A DNA stretch of 64,000 nt from Promethearchaeota archaeon (GCA_019058445.1 JAHPZA010000006.1:736001-800000); one strand, 5' to 3'. Numbered from the stretch's first letter, positions 1-10,790 are shown. Notes: a model not told the origin generated them from the letters alone. A program made the numbers and translations.

Positions 1-1
1 A

Positions 2-574
2 GCATTAGGAGAAATCAATTTGGTTAGACATTTTTTTAGCCACTATGGGCCTTATACTTCTTGGAAACCTTTGTCCGAGCAGAAATGGTTTTTTGACTCT
101 GAATTAGCTGGAGGAGGTGTATTACTAGACCTCGGGGTTCATTGTATAGATATCCTCCGCTATATGCTGGGTGAATTTCATGAAGTTGAGGGCTATAGTT
201 GGAACACATCATGCAAAAAAATAAAAAATGAAGATAATGGCAATGTACTCGTTCGTTTCAAGAATAATTCACTTGGCATAATAAGTGTTTCATGGTGTAA
301 TGAACCTATGGAACACCTTGAGTTATATGGAACCAAGGGAACCTTAAAAATCAACCCACACTCCACTAATCCACTCTCATTTGCGCCAAAAAAGTTAAAA
401 AGAAATAAATTTATCAAGAACGCATTAGAATATAAGCCAACAAGCGATATCGCTCAGCATTTATTGATAGATCATTTTATTGACTGTATTTTAAAGGGGA
501 AACAAGAACACCCCGATTTTAATGATGGCAAACGAGCCACCGAATTTGTCTTAAAAGCATATTCATTAAAATAA
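2..574 (+). CDS. Gfo/Idh/MocA family oxidoreductase, C-terminal part (5' truncated by window edge)
   Basis: GGGVLLDLGVHCID motif; frame is open back to position 2; similar to 61524..62660. Confidence 0.85.
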   Translation, partial: ALGEINLVRHFFSHYGPYTSWKPLSEQKWFFDSELAGGGVLLDLGVHCIDILRYMLGEFHEVEGYSWNTSCKKIKNEDNGNVLVRFKNNSLGIISVSWCNEPMEHLELYGTKGTLKINPHSTNPLSFAPKKLKRNKFIKNALEYKPTSDIAQHLLIDHFIDCILKGKQEHPDFNDGKRATEFVLKAYSLK

Positions 575-623
575 TATGAAAAATCTTGAGTTTATTTTTT
601 TTCATTCTTTTTTCATAATAATT

Positions 624-1553
624 CTAAACCATGATATCCTTAAACCTTGGAAATAAAGCAAGCGTATTTTTTTGAAAAATTTTCATAAGAACTTCCCGAT
701 CAAACCCATAATTTTGAAGACCCTCATTCATTAGTTTTACTACCTTTTCGGGTAAAAATGGGTAATCACTGCCAAATACAACTTGAGTTGGTTCTACTAA
801 GTTCATCAGGGAACTTAATGCATATGGGGTTCCGGAAACAGCGGTGTCATAATAAAAGTGTTTTAATTGATTAATTATCTTTTTATTTCCAAAAGTAATC
901 CTCCACGTGATAAAGGGAGCCGTTCCTCCTGCATGGGAAAAAATAAATTGGATATCTGGAAATCGTTTCGTCGCACCTCTATGTATAAGATTAGCAATAG
1001 CTCTTGTAGTATCGAATACAAATTCTAATACCGCAGGTTTAATTATCGTAGGCAGAGTATCTAAAGGTGGCACGTTTGGATGGACGAAAACTACGACTTT
1101 CCTACGATTTAGCTCAAAAAAAAGCTCTTCATAATAATTATCTCCTATATAGATTCCCTTAAAATTTGTAAGTAAAACAACACCATCCAAGTTTAAAGTA
1201 TCCAACGCATATTCTAACTCAAGGATAGATGCTTCTATGTCTGGAAGGGGCAATGTAGCAAAGGCTCCAAATCTATTTGGGTATTTGCTTACTATACTAG
1301 CAGAAATCTCATTACACTGTCGAGCAAGTTTTTTAGTAAATTTACTATCTCCAAAGTAGATTCCTGGCGCAGAAATCGAAGTAATAGATGCAGAAATTCC
1401 TCGGCGATCCATGAAAGCAAGAGTGCTTTCAATATCCCATTGAGGAAATGGTTCACCAACAGCATTTTTTATACCAACTGAAGCTAAAGCAGCAAGATAT
1501 TCTTTTGGTACAATATGATGATGAACATCAATTCTATGAGATTCAATAGACAT
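624..1553 (-). CDS. Amidohydrolase_2 family protein (non-oxidative aromatic decarboxylase/ACMSD-like)
   Basis: IDVHHH, FVHP, SHAGG and FGSDYPF motifs. Confidence 0.85.
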   Translation of the reverse strand: MSIESHRIDVHHHIVPKEYLAALASVGIKNAVGEPFPQWDIESTLAFMDRRGISASITSISAPGIYFGDSKFTKKLARQCNEISASIVSKYPNRFGAFATLPLPDIEASILELEYALDTLNLDGVVLLTNFKGIYIGDNYYEELFFELNRRKVVVFVHPNVPPLDTLPTIIKPAVLEFVFDTTRAIANLIHRGATKRFPDIQFIFSHAGGTAPFITWRITFGNKKIINQLKHFYYDTAVSGTPYALSSLMNLVEPTQVVFGSDYPFLPEKVVKLMNEGLQNYGFDREVLMKIFQKNTLALFPRFKDIMV

Positions 1554-1562
1554 TTTTCCCTT

Positions 1563-2645
1563 TTAATCCAATGTATTTATAGGATAATGTCCATACTTTT
1601 CAATTGCCCTTGGAATCGCTAATATATTAGGGATAGGTACTCCCCATGGTAAACTACAGACGGGACAACAAATATATCTTCCACCAGGAGCCAAGTTCAA
1701 AATGTTTTCTTTTACCTTTTCTTCCACATCAGAGGGAGTTCCTGTAAGTAATTCTCGACTTACATCAATATTAGCACCAATGATAGTAACTTTAGGAAAT
1801 CTCTTTTTAAAATCAATCCAAAATTCAATGTCTAAAGGATGAGACCCATTAATTGCAATAAAATCGATTTCCTTAAAGACTTCATCAATGTACGGTGAAG
1901 TTCCACAATTATGAAGCATAAAGGGAACGTTAATTTTCTTCATCATTCTTTTAATAAATTGTCCCTCATATTTCATTGCGTCTGGAAAGCTCATCATATG
2001 TTTATTAAATGAATACCCTGCGATAAACACATTGGGAGGCATACCCACAATCTCAAGCCAATTTTCATAGATATCCATTTGAGATTCATATATCCTTTCG
2101 CATAGTTTTAACAACAATTCTGGATCGCGGCGCATATCCTTATAAGCTTCAATACCACGCAATTCTTGCACGACAGACCATATACTCAAACTGATTACTT
2201 GTGGAAATTGAGTTTTTTCATTAATCAGTTTTGCTGCTTCTAAGGAATTTTTCCATAGATTATTCTTACCATGGTCAGGAATTTCCAACTTTTCAATATC
2301 TTCTTCGGTTTTACAAATTTCTCCCTGTTTAACCATTAATGTTTGATAATCAAACCATTTTATTACATCTAATCTATTGTTGGCTTCCGCAAATGCTAGC
2401 CCTTCACTCGGACCCGCATATGCAGAGGGAACATTTATAGAATCAGCATTTAAAAATTCAAATGTCTGAATAATGGCATTAGCATATATTTTTGGGGAAC
2501 TATATAATTCTCTCACAGTTTTCCCCGTAACTCGACAAATCATTTGTTCCCCGGCGAAAGCAAGAAACGGAACTTTATCGATTCTTTTTGATCCTGATAT
2601 TGTCCTAAATATTCTATTTACTGAACCAACCCAATCATGACCCAT
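1563..2645 (-). CDS. UROD/MtaA-CmuA family methylcorrinoid methyltransferase (MT2-like)
   Basis: Zn-ligand pattern MLHNCG plus a distal Cys (CPVCSLP), GTPSDVEEKVKE motif; adjacent to corrinoid protein. Confidence 0.75.
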   Translation of the reverse strand: MGHDWVGSVNRIFRTISGSKRIDKVPFLAFAGEQMICRVTGKTVRELYSSPKIYANAIIQTFEFLNADSINVPSAYAGPSEGLAFAEANNRLDVIKWFDYQTLMVKQGEICKTEEDIEKLEIPDHGKNNLWKNSLEAAKLINEKTQFPQVISLSIWSVVQELRGIEAYKDMRRDPELLLKLCERIYESQMDIYENWLEIVGMPPNVFIAGYSFNKHMMSFPDAMKYEGQFIKRMMKKINVPFMLHNCGTSPYIDEVFKEIDFIAINGSHPLDIEFWIDFKKRFPKVTIIGANIDVSRELLTGTPSDVEEKVKENILNLAPGGRYICCPVCSLPWGVPIPNILAIPRAIEKYGHYPINTLD

Positions 2646-2663
2646 TTTATCTCAACACCTATT

Positions 2664-3305
2664 CTAGATTTTAATTAAATTATTTATTTTTTTAACTCCT
2701 TCCCATCCATCTTTAGCAAAATCATCTGCTCCTATCATTTCACATGATTCTTTTGACAGAATTCCTCCGCCAACTATAATTCGCGACGGAATGTTTTCAT
2801 TCTTTAGTAAATTGACTGTTTCCTGCATTTTTGAGATACTCATTGTCATTAAACCACTTATTCCTATAATAACGGGATTTATCTCTTTTGCTTTTCGAAG
2901 AAATTCTTCTGGTGGAACATCCGACCCTAAATCAACAATATCATAACCTTGTCCTTGTAATAATGAGATCACTAAACTTTTGCCTATATCATGGACATCT
3001 CCCTCTGCTGTTCCAATCAAAATTTTACCCTTAGACTGTATTTCGGATTTCTCATTTAATGAATTCATAAGTATTTCAGTCGCAGCATTAAGGGCATCAC
3101 CAGTCATTAGTAAATCTGCAAGAAAAAATTCCTCTTTTTCGTATAAATTTCCCGCTACTTCAGCACCTTTAACGATTGCTTTATTCAAAATTTCTTTGGA
3201 ATTTATTCCTAATTTAATACATTCATTCATTATTTCAATTGCTTTGTGAGGATCTCCTTCCACAATCGCGTTTTTTAACTTTTCTAACAAATCTCCTTCT
3301 TTCAT
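2664..3305 (-). CDS. Corrinoid (cobalamin-binding) methyltransferase protein
   Basis: B12 cap domain, GDVHDIGK, SGLMT and IVGGG motifs. Confidence 0.9.
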   Translation of the reverse strand: MKEGDLLEKLKNAIVEGDPHKAIEIMNECIKLGINSKEILNKAIVKGAEVAGNLYEKEEFFLADLLMTGDALNAATEILMNSLNEKSEIQSKGKILIGTAEGDVHDIGKSLVISLLQGQGYDIVDLGSDVPPEEFLRKAKEINPVIIGISGLMTMSISKMQETVNLLKNENIPSRIIVGGGILSKESCEMIGADDFAKDGWEGVKKINNLIKI

Positions 3306-3315
3306 GATAATTATC

Positions 3316-3633
3316 TTAAATTTTTTTATAATTTAGTAAGAATTCGATAAATAATATTGAAAATACAATATCAACACCTGCAAATAGGTGGGTCAGTAGA
3401 CCGATTTCACCTATAATAAAGTAGATAAGGCTAATAAAGAAATACTCTATCCCGAGATTGGCAAATAAAAATAAAAATGATTGAAGCCAAATCATACTAA
3501 TAGGCACTGTAATCCCGTAAGCGGGGAATGCCGATAAATTAAAAATAGATGTAAGGATAAAACTCAAGGAAATTAAAATATTCCAAGCTGCCCCAATGAT
3601 AAATAAATATTTGTAATGATTTTTCTTATCCAC
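3316..3633 (-). CDS. Small membrane protein, hypothetical
   Basis: About 3 hydrophobic segments; co-oriented and 10 bp from the corrinoid gene. Confidence 0.55.
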   Translation of the reverse strand: MDKKNHYKYLFIIGAAWNILISLSFILTSIFNLSAFPAYGITVPISMIWLQSFLFLFANLGIEYFFISLIYFIIGEIGLLTHLFAGVDIVFSILFIEFLLNYKKI

Positions 3634-3737
3634 TTTTTTGCACTAAAAGATTTCTTTTTAGGTTATATAATATGATCTGAATGTTTTTCTTTATATAGAT
3701 TACCAAAATTTTTTAAGATTATAAATAGTGCTAATAA

Positions 3738-3860
3738 TTATTTCTCTAAATAAATGGTCCATTCCGGTTTCAATATGTAAAATTGATCAATTGCATCTTT
3801 CATAGTTTTTCGGCATATTTCGATTTCTTTCATAGTTATTTTATTGGTGATTTTTTTCAC
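3738..3860 (-). CDS. Possible 40-aa small ORF or gene remnant (MKKITNKITMKEIEICRKTMKDAIDQFYILKPEWTIYLEK)
   Basis: GTG start after purine-rich GAGAAAG, open frame to TAA; too short for the supplied ORF track. Confidence 0.3.
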   Translation of the reverse strand: MKKITNKITMKEIEICRKTMKDAIDQFYILKPEWTIYLEK

Positions 3861-3976
3861 CTTTCTCTATTGAATAGATGTTATTTATACCTATTTAATC
3901 TTTAAATTGATTAAAATCTATTATAAATGATCAATTCTTTTGTCAAAATTATTATAAATAGTAAAAACGAAATTTA

Positions 3977-5614
3977 TTGGGGAATAAAATGAGATTAGAT
4001 CAAATTATTAAAATCATCGCGAAAAATAATCATGATAAAATTGCCCTTGTAGATGTGATGGCGGGCGAGAAGACTATTACTTATGGGGAGTATGAGCAAA
4101 GATGTAATAGTTTTGGTAATTATCTTATTAATGACTTTAAAATTGAGTCCAACGAGAGAATTGCACTTTTGCTCGAAAACAGTATTGAGATCTGTGTGGC
4201 TTATTATTCTATCTGCCGAACATCTGCAATTACGGTTCCACTTAATTTTTTTATGGCAAAAAAGGAGATAGAATACTGTCTAAATGATTGTAAACCAAAA
4301 ATTCTGATTTATGGGAGTAGATTTAAAGATGATATAGATTATTATCGAAAAAAATGTCCTTACATTAAAGAGTTTATTTCTGAAGAAAAATTTGAGGAAC
4401 TTAGCTTAATTCCGTTTACGGAACGGAGATTGAAGCCTCCAAGAAGGCCAACCTCTGAAGATACAGTATTTATTGCTTATACTGGAGGGACTACAGGCTT
4501 TCCTAAAGGAGTTATGCTGACCCATCAAGGACTTGTTGACAATATGGCAAGGAGTGCGGATACCATCTTAAAATCTCTTAAAGAGAGACCTGATTTTAAA
4601 GCAGAAAGCTTGGAAATACTCGAGCAACAAGTAATTATTCCTATTCCTATTTTTCATTTAGCAGCAATGATTGTGTTTTTGATGTCATCCGGAGCTGGAT
4701 ATACAATGTATTTACATAGAGGTTTTCGAGCAGAAAAAATAGCCCAAACAATTGATAAATTTAAGGCAAATCATTTGGTTTGTGTACCTACTAATATTAT
4801 TTCGCTCATAGAATTTTTGGAATCTGAAGAAGCTAAAAAATATGATTTAAGCGGCCTCAAACATTTAACTTATGGTGCAGCACCTATATCTCCAACAGTA
4901 TTAGCTAAAGCTTTAGAATTATTACCGGATACTAACTTCCGACAAGCATACGGACAAACTGAATATTCTCCTGTTATTACTCAACTAACTTCTGAAGATC
5001 ATGAATATGCAAAGAAAAATCCCGAAATTTTAAAAAGTGGTGGTCGACCTTTAGTTGGTACTGAAGTAGCTACTGCTGATGAGAATGGAACTATCCTTCC
5101 TAAAGGTGAAGTTGGACAGGTAATAGCTTCAGGAAAATCTATAATGAAAGGATATTGGAATAAAGACAATTTAACCCAAGATACTATCCGAGAAATTAAT
5201 GGTAAAATATGGTTATTTACAGGTGATATGGGGTATGTAAAAGAGATTGATGGTAGAGATTATTTATTTTTAACGGATCGGGCAAAGGATATGATTGTAA
5301 GCGGGGGAGAAAATATATATCCAAAGGAAATTGAAAATGTTATTTACCGAATTAATGGTGTTAAAATGTGTGCTGTTATAGGTATACCAGATAAGAAGTG
5401 GGGTGAAGCGGTAGTGGCATTAATTGTGCCCAAAAAAGGCGCAACCCTCAATGAAGAACAAATCATAAATTACTGTGGAGAATATCTTGCCAGTTATAAA
5501 AAGCCTAAAAAAGTAATATTCAGAGATAACTTACCCGTTAGTGCACAAGGAAAGATTTTAAAAAGAAAACTAAGAGAAGAATTTTGGAAAGAGGAAAAAC
5601 GACTTATCCACTAA
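3977..5614 (+). CDS. Long-chain acyl-CoA synthetase / AMP-binding enzyme
   Basis: YTGGTTGFPKG, YGQTE, TGD, SGGENIYPKEIE and GKILK motifs; probable ATG start at 3989. Confidence 0.92.
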   Translation: MGNKMRLDQIIKIIAKNNHDKIALVDVMAGEKTITYGEYEQRCNSFGNYLINDFKIESNERIALLLENSIEICVAYYSICRTSAITVPLNFFMAKKEIEYCLNDCKPKILIYGSRFKDDIDYYRKKCPYIKEFISEEKFEELSLIPFTERRLKPPRRPTSEDTVFIAYTGGTTGFPKGVMLTHQGLVDNMARSADTILKSLKERPDFKAESLEILEQQVIIPIPIFHLAAMIVFLMSSGAGYTMYLHRGFRAEKIAQTIDKFKANHLVCVPTNIISLIEFLESEEAKKYDLSGLKHLTYGAAPISPTVLAKALELLPDTNFRQAYGQTEYSPVITQLTSEDHEYAKKNPEILKSGGRPLVGTEVATADENGTILPKGEVGQVIASGKSIMKGYWNKDNLTQDTIREINGKIWLFTGDMGYVKEIDGRDYLFLTDRAKDMIVSGGENIYPKEIENVIYRINGVKMCAVIGIPDKKWGEAVVALIVPKKGATLNEEQIINYCGEYLASYKKPKKVIFRDNLPVSAQGKILKRKLREEFWKEEKRLIH

Positions 5615-5744
5615 AACATTTATATTATTTTATCTTTTCAATCCCTATTATCCTATTCGGACCATTGAGAGTATGTTTACCTGCACCGCTTTTTGCGCAA
5701 TTGTATCATAAAAATCGAAAACAGAATAATTAACATCTTATATT

Positions 5745-6548
5745 ATGAGTGAGAAAAGAAAAAATGAAATCCGGAATTTACTAATATATTTTTCAATTAC
5801 CTATATTATTTCATGGCTAATTTGGCTTTTTCCAATAATCTTTAATTTTTCAAATATAAACCGTTTTGTGTTTTATGCGGGTGGGGTAATTGGTCCGTGT
5901 ATAGGGGCATATTTAACAACTTTAATTACTGAAAAAACGGAAGGCTTCAAAATATTATGGAAAAGAGTATGGAGTTTCAAATTTGATAAAAAGTGGTTGA
6001 TACCAACACTTTTTATGATGCCCTTTATATTTTTGGTTTTAAATTTAATTGCCGGGGAAAACTTTCTAAGTAAGGTATTAACAACAAATCCTTCAAATCT
6101 TATTCTGTGGGCAATATTGTTCTATATAGCAGCAGCATTCGAAGAAGTTGGCTGGCGAGGATACGCTCTTGATAGACTCCAATCAAAAACCAATGCTTTC
6201 TTTTCCAGTCTAATTCTTGGATTAGTTTGGGGCTTATGGCACTTACCGTTATTGATTTATTATTGGCTTTTTCCCATTAGATTTATCTATTTATATCTAA
6301 TTTTTGTCGTCTTTTTATCAATAATGTTTACATTTCTCTATAATAATACAAACAGAAATATCTTTATTGTTACATTTTTTCATGCAATCATAAATGTTCT
6401 ATTAAGTTTCTTCACCCCCTTAAAGATAGCAGATAGAGACATCCTTTATTACTATTTAAATTCAATCATTCTCCTCATGGATATTATTTTAATAATCATA
6501 TTTGGCCCTAAAAAGTTAAAACGAGAGAATGATAAAAATACGTTATGA
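5745..6548 (+). CDS. CPBP (Abi/CAAX) intramembrane metalloprotease
   Basis: EEVGWRG, WGLWH and FHAIIN motifs; multiple TM helices. Confidence 0.9.
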   Translation: MSEKRKNEIRNLLIYFSITYIISWLIWLFPIIFNFSNINRFVFYAGGVIGPCIGAYLTTLITEKTEGFKILWKRVWSFKFDKKWLIPTLFMMPFIFLVLNLIAGENFLSKVLTTNPSNLILWAILFYIAAAFEEVGWRGYALDRLQSKTNAFFSSLILGLVWGLWHLPLLIYYWLFPIRFIYLYLIFVVFLSIMFTFLYNNTNRNIFIVTFFHAIINVLLSFFTPLKIADRDILYYYLNSIILLMDIILIIIFGPKKLKRENDKNTL

Positions 6549-6553
6549 GATTT

Positions 6554-7678
6554 TTAATTTCTAAAATACTTAATAACCATTTTCAGACACTTATTTGAAC
6601 GCGGAATATATTTAAGACCACATAAAATTGAAATATTGAATAGAATAATATGCTTCACACCAACCTTCGCATAGTTTTCAATTTGACCAATTACCTCATC
6701 TGGAGTACCGCTTAGGTAAAAATCACGGCACATTTTTGTAGGGATCTTTTCAAGTATCTGTAGCATTGAATCTTTATCATAATGTGTAGGAATAAATTCT
6801 AAAGTTCCATCAATATTTTCTCCGAGAGGATGTGATAATCCATATGGCTTGAAATCTTCATGATATAAGGGAATTAAGGTATTTTTTGTAATTGGATTTT
6901 TGAGCATTTTATCAACTTCATCCCTTTCCTCATCAGTTATAACTCCCATAATAAGTGCAGGAGTAATCTCATCCATATTTCTGCCTGCTTTCTGTGCGAA
7001 TTTTCGAAGAATCCCTAGTTTTACTTTATAAATTTCTGGTTTTAAAAATATAGGTAACCAACCATCACCCAATCTGCCGGTTATATCTAGCATTCTGTTT
7101 CCACGAGCGGCTATCCATATTGGGGGAAATTTTCCTTTTTTAAAAGGTTTTAATCTGAGGAGGGCATTTTTTAACTTCCAAATATTTCCATCATAGTCTA
7201 TTTTTTCATCACTTTCCCATAACCTTCTAATGATTATAACAGCTTCTTCTAATGTACTCACGGGTTTCTCCCATTTAATTCCGTAAGGAATGGTATTTTC
7301 TTTTTCGCCCGCTCCTATCCCTAGTATTGACCTCCCTCTGGATAATTCATCTAAAGTTAGAAAGGTTTGTGCAAGTACCGCAGGATTCCTTCTAAAAGGT
7401 TCGGTTACTCCTGTTCCAAGGTTAATTTTTTTTGTGTTTAAGGCAGTAGCAGTCATCATAGCAAAAACATCATATATGAGATGGGGGCTGGGATAAACTG
7501 TAGCAAGATCGGTAATCTCTGGAATCCATATAGATTCCGGTACCCAATTTAAGATGTGATCGGCAAAAAATATAGAATCATATCCCTCATTTTCATAGCT
7601 TTTGACTGTGTTGATATTACTTTTAAATGGGGGTATAAAGGTTCCCTCTCTTCCTATCTTTAGATCACTAATGTCCAT
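6554..7678 (-). CDS. LLM-class (probably F420-dependent) oxidoreductase
   Basis: FADH, LGTGVT, LDELSRGRSILGIGAG and GDGW luciferase-like motifs. Confidence 0.88.
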   Translation of the reverse strand: MDISDLKIGREGTFIPPFKSNINTVKSYENEGYDSIFFADHILNWVPESIWIPEITDLATVYPSPHLIYDVFAMMTATALNTKKINLGTGVTEPFRRNPAVLAQTFLTLDELSRGRSILGIGAGEKENTIPYGIKWEKPVSTLEEAVIIIRRLWESDEKIDYDGNIWKLKNALLRLKPFKKGKFPPIWIAARGNRMLDITGRLGDGWLPIFLKPEIYKVKLGILRKFAQKAGRNMDEITPALIMGVITDEERDEVDKMLKNPITKNTLIPLYHEDFKPYGLSHPLGENIDGTLEFIPTHYDKDSMLQILEKIPTKMCRDFYLSGTPDEVIGQIENYAKVGVKHIILFNISILCGLKYIPRSNKCLKMVIKYFRN

Positions 7679-7709
7679 GAAATCACTTTTTATTATTCTT
7701 CAAATTGAA

Positions 7710-9050
7710 TTATAATACTTTCTCAGCTATTTCGGCTACCCGATAACCACTTTCTACAGAACCAGGTGTCCCTATAAGGCCTGGAGTTATGCATGAATCA
7801 CCCACGTTGAATAGATTGGTTATTGGCGTCTCCAATGGCATACCGTAACAAAGCCATGTACGCCCTTCAGGCCATTCATTAATAATGCCGCATGCCCTCA
7901 TTTTTAAAATTCGACCGTACTTTTCGAAATCAGGATAAAATTCCTTAATATCAAGTTTAACCTGCTCCATCTCATATTTTACATCCATAGGGTGGAGAGT
8001 CGATTCGGACTTAGCTGATGTATAAAAAAGATGCTGGCCCGTGGGAACAAGTTCTGGGCAGATATTACTAATTGGGATGACTGTTTTAATTCTTCGAGAG
8101 CCCATTATTATTTCCAATCCATCGTCTATTCCTTCCAGGCAGAGGGGCTTATCGCTTGCGACTAAAACCAGTAAACATGGGCTTGGTCTGAGCTTAATGC
8201 GCATATTTTTAAGATACTCATCATTAAAATGTTCTTTTCCTGCTAAATCTACTGTTGTTTTGGCCCCCGTATTACTGATAACAACCTTACATTTTACTTC
8301 TAGTTGTTCTCCACCTTTTTCAACGATTACACCTGTAGCCCTTCCATCATTGATAATTATTTTCCTCACAGAGCAATTAGTCCATACAGCTCCATTTTTC
8401 CTAACTACATTAGCAAGTTCTTCTGCAATGCTGATGTTTCCATTAGGAGTTATATAAAATTTAGTCATTTCTTGGAAAAGGAAAAATTTTGAAATAGGTA
8501 GCTCCCAGGAGTGAGCCATCATCAATCCTGTACAGAGAGTATCAAAAGCATCGTGCACCTTTTCATTCTCAGTATATTGGAGAAGCCAATCTCGAACAGT
8601 TATAATTTCTTCTTGCTTTATCCCCCGCATTTTTTTATAGTAACCACGCATGATCTTACTTAATTCGACAGGTTTCATTGGACGCTTCTTCTTTTCAGCA
8701 TCTTCCCGCTCGAGTTTATCAATAATGTCAAGGGCTTTTGGTACCCCTATGTCAGGTGGGATTTCATATCTTTTTCCATCAATTCTATAAAACACGCGTG
8801 TTATTGGTCTTAAATTGTCAATATTAATTCCCATCTCCTCAAGTAATTTTATCACCCATCCATCTGGGATAAGAATCGCACCAGTGGGTAATTTGAAACC
8901 TTCATATTCAAAAGTAGAAAATCTGCCTCCTACACGACTTCTACTCTCCACTACAAGTATTTTAAACCCCTTACGGGAAAGAAGGCTTGCTGCTGTTAAT
9001 CCACCCAAACCTGATCCAATAATCACTATATCATAATCATCATCTATCAT
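7710..9050 (-). CDS. Phytoene desaturase/CrtI-like FAD-dependent oxidoreductase
   Basis: IIGSGLGG dinucleotide fold, VGGR, NLFNVGD; ATG at 9050 follows a GAGAGGGG SD-like sequence. Confidence 0.8.
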   Translation of the reverse strand: MIDDDYDIVIIGSGLGGLTAASLLSRKGFKILVVESRSRVGGRFSTFEYEGFKLPTGAILIPDGWVIKLLEEMGINIDNLRPITRVFYRIDGKRYEIPPDIGVPKALDIIDKLEREDAEKKKRPMKPVELSKIMRGYYKKMRGIKQEEIITVRDWLLQYTENEKVHDAFDTLCTGLMMAHSWELPISKFFLFQEMTKFYITPNGNISIAEELANVVRKNGAVWTNCSVRKIIINDGRATGVIVEKGGEQLEVKCKVVISNTGAKTTVDLAGKEHFNDEYLKNMRIKLRPSPCLLVLVASDKPLCLEGIDDGLEIIMGSRRIKTVIPISNICPELVPTGQHLFYTSAKSESTLHPMDVKYEMEQVKLDIKEFYPDFEKYGRILKMRACGIINEWPEGRTWLCYGMPLETPITNLFNVGDSCITPGLIGTPGSVESGYRVAEIAEKVL

Positions 9051-9051
9051 G

Positions 9052-9315
9052 TCATCCCCTCTCGAAGATAACACCTGTTCCCCCCGCAGGATAATTAAAA
9101 TCTATAGCACCAGGTTCACACACTTGACCACAGCTTCCGCATTCTAAACATTTTTCCTTATAGTCATCTCTAATGAATGCAATATTATTCTTTATTCCCC
9201 ATAAATTTACAATGCATATTCTAACACACATACCACATCCATTACATTTATTTTGATCGATTTTAATAAAATCTCCCGTCCCTGGAATATGATTAGTTAA
9301 ATCATTAACGTCCAT
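9052..9315 (-). CDS. FixX-like 2x[4Fe-4S] ferredoxin
   Basis: CNGCGMCVRIC and CLECGSCGQVC; C-terminal YPAGGTGVIF typical of FixX. Confidence 0.85.
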   Translation of the reverse strand: MDVNDLTNHIPGTGDFIKIDQNKCNGCGMCVRICIVNLWGIKNNIAFIRDDYKEKCLECGSCGQVCEPGAIDFNYPAGGTGVIFERG

Positions 9316-9317
9316 TT

Positions 9318-10721
9318 TTATGATCTCCTCCTTCGCTTTTTCTTTTTTGGAAGCAATTCCATCACTTTTGGAAGTGCTTTCATCAATTTCTGAGGATCCA
9401 TCATGTCATCAAGATCATCCTCAAAAATTTTGGCAACAAGCGGAAAGACATATTTCAAGATAAAAGGTAAGGCTTGTGGCATATATGATTTAATATGAGC
9501 TGCAATTTGTCGAACTCGTTTTGTATGTGGCTGTGACCAATCATAAATCCCTCCTAGTGCTTCCATGAGCATTGGTACGAACCAAGTCATCGTTTCTTTA
9601 GGACTAAAGGGTAATGCCTTCCATATATTATATAATTCTTCGCCTGCTTCGAATTCTTCGCCTACACTTGTTTTTTGCCACATCTTATCAAATCTAGAGA
9701 GTTTGTTTTTGGAAGCATCTCCAGATGTAACTGCATCAGCTGCGACTTCTGCAGCTATTTTTCCCGTGACCATTGCTGGATAAATACCTTCCGCTTCGAG
9801 AGGACATGGAAATCCTCCGGCATCTCCAATTAAGATGACACCATCCGTATGTGTATTATACGGATACTGTAACCATGGAAGAAGATGAGATTGTAGCTCC
9901 CTAGGTTTAGCCTCTAATATCCTTAATAATCTTTGGTAATATTTCAGATTAATAACTCTATTTAGATAAAATAAGGGATTTTTATCCCATTTAATTAACC
10001 AATTCCCTAAACCTTGATGAAAGCCATCATTAAAAAAGACTTGATAAGATGCTGGAAATGTAGCAGACCACCACACCGCAAGCGCTTCATCCCCCATAAT
10101 ATCATCGATCTTTTTTGGAGGTGCGTGAAAGTCATACTGGGGAACTAATGTTATCTGGTCTTTTGACCATTTTGTTCTTAACCCACTTTGTTTTGCAACG
10201 ATCGATATAGCCCCATCCGCTCCTATTACAACGGGGGCTTTATATTTTTCTCCATGCTCATCCACAACCCCACAAACTTTGCCATCTTCCTTTAGCAGAC
10301 TCACTACAAGAGTGGAACTTTTCAATTCAGCACCTGCATTAGTCGCAAATTCAGCAATCCATGGGTCAAACTCACTGCGATAACAATTCATCGTAATCCA
10401 GCTTTTCGCGGGTTCATAAGAAACAGATTCAGTGGGGCGTGACATGACATATCCCGCAACTACACCCTCTTCATTAATAAAATAACATCGAGCTGCACTC
10501 CCTGCTCTCATAGAGGGACATTTTTCAGGAGTCAATTCTTTCATCAGATCTGGGAAATCTTTCCACATACGGGGCCCTAAGCCACACCCAGAAGAGTTTT
10601 TTTCTCCAGGTCTTCTACCTCGCTCAAAAAAGATGGTTTTCAATCCTAATTCAGCTGCAGTTTTGGCAGCCATGGAACCTCCTGGTCCACCACCAACAAT
10701 AACAATATCATAGACATTCAA
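9318..10721 (-). CDS. Geranylgeranyl reductase/FixC family flavoprotein
   Basis: VGGGPGG, ERG..PGEKN, GADG and IGDAGG..P..AEGI motifs. Confidence 0.85.
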   Translation of the reverse strand: MNVYDIVIVGGGPGGSMAAKTAAELGLKTIFFERGRRPGEKNSSGCGLGPRMWKDFPDLMKELTPEKCPSMRAGSAARCYFINEEGVVAGYVMSRPTESVSYEPAKSWITMNCYRSEFDPWIAEFATNAGAELKSSTLVVSLLKEDGKVCGVVDEHGEKYKAPVVIGADGAISIVAKQSGLRTKWSKDQITLVPQYDFHAPPKKIDDIMGDEALAVWWSATFPASYQVFFNDGFHQGLGNWLIKWDKNPLFYLNRVINLKYYQRLLRILEAKPRELQSHLLPWLQYPYNTHTDGVILIGDAGGFPCPLEAEGIYPAMVTGKIAAEVAADAVTSGDASKNKLSRFDKMWQKTSVGEEFEAGEELYNIWKALPFSPKETMTWFVPMLMEALGGIYDWSQPHTKRVRQIAAHIKSYMPQALPFILKYVFPLVAKIFEDDLDDMMDPQKLMKALPKVMELLPKKKKRRRRS

Positions 10722-10767
10722 TTTTTTATTCCCTCCCTATAAATAAATAACTTTGGCATTTATTACT

Positions 10768-10790
10768 ATTCTATACTATCACTATAGAAT
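10768..10790. promoter_or_regulatory. Inverted repeat ATTCTATA-N7-TATAGAAT, candidate operator
   Basis: Perfect 8-bp arms next to a TTTAAATA TATA-like box (minus strand, 10791-10798), between the flavoprotein operon and the divergent regulator. Confidence 0.4.

Noticed and set aside
5641-5733. Coding-like stretch IPIILFGPLRV... resembling the CPBP C-terminus
   Set aside because: The similarity is only a few residues and cannot be distinguished from chance.
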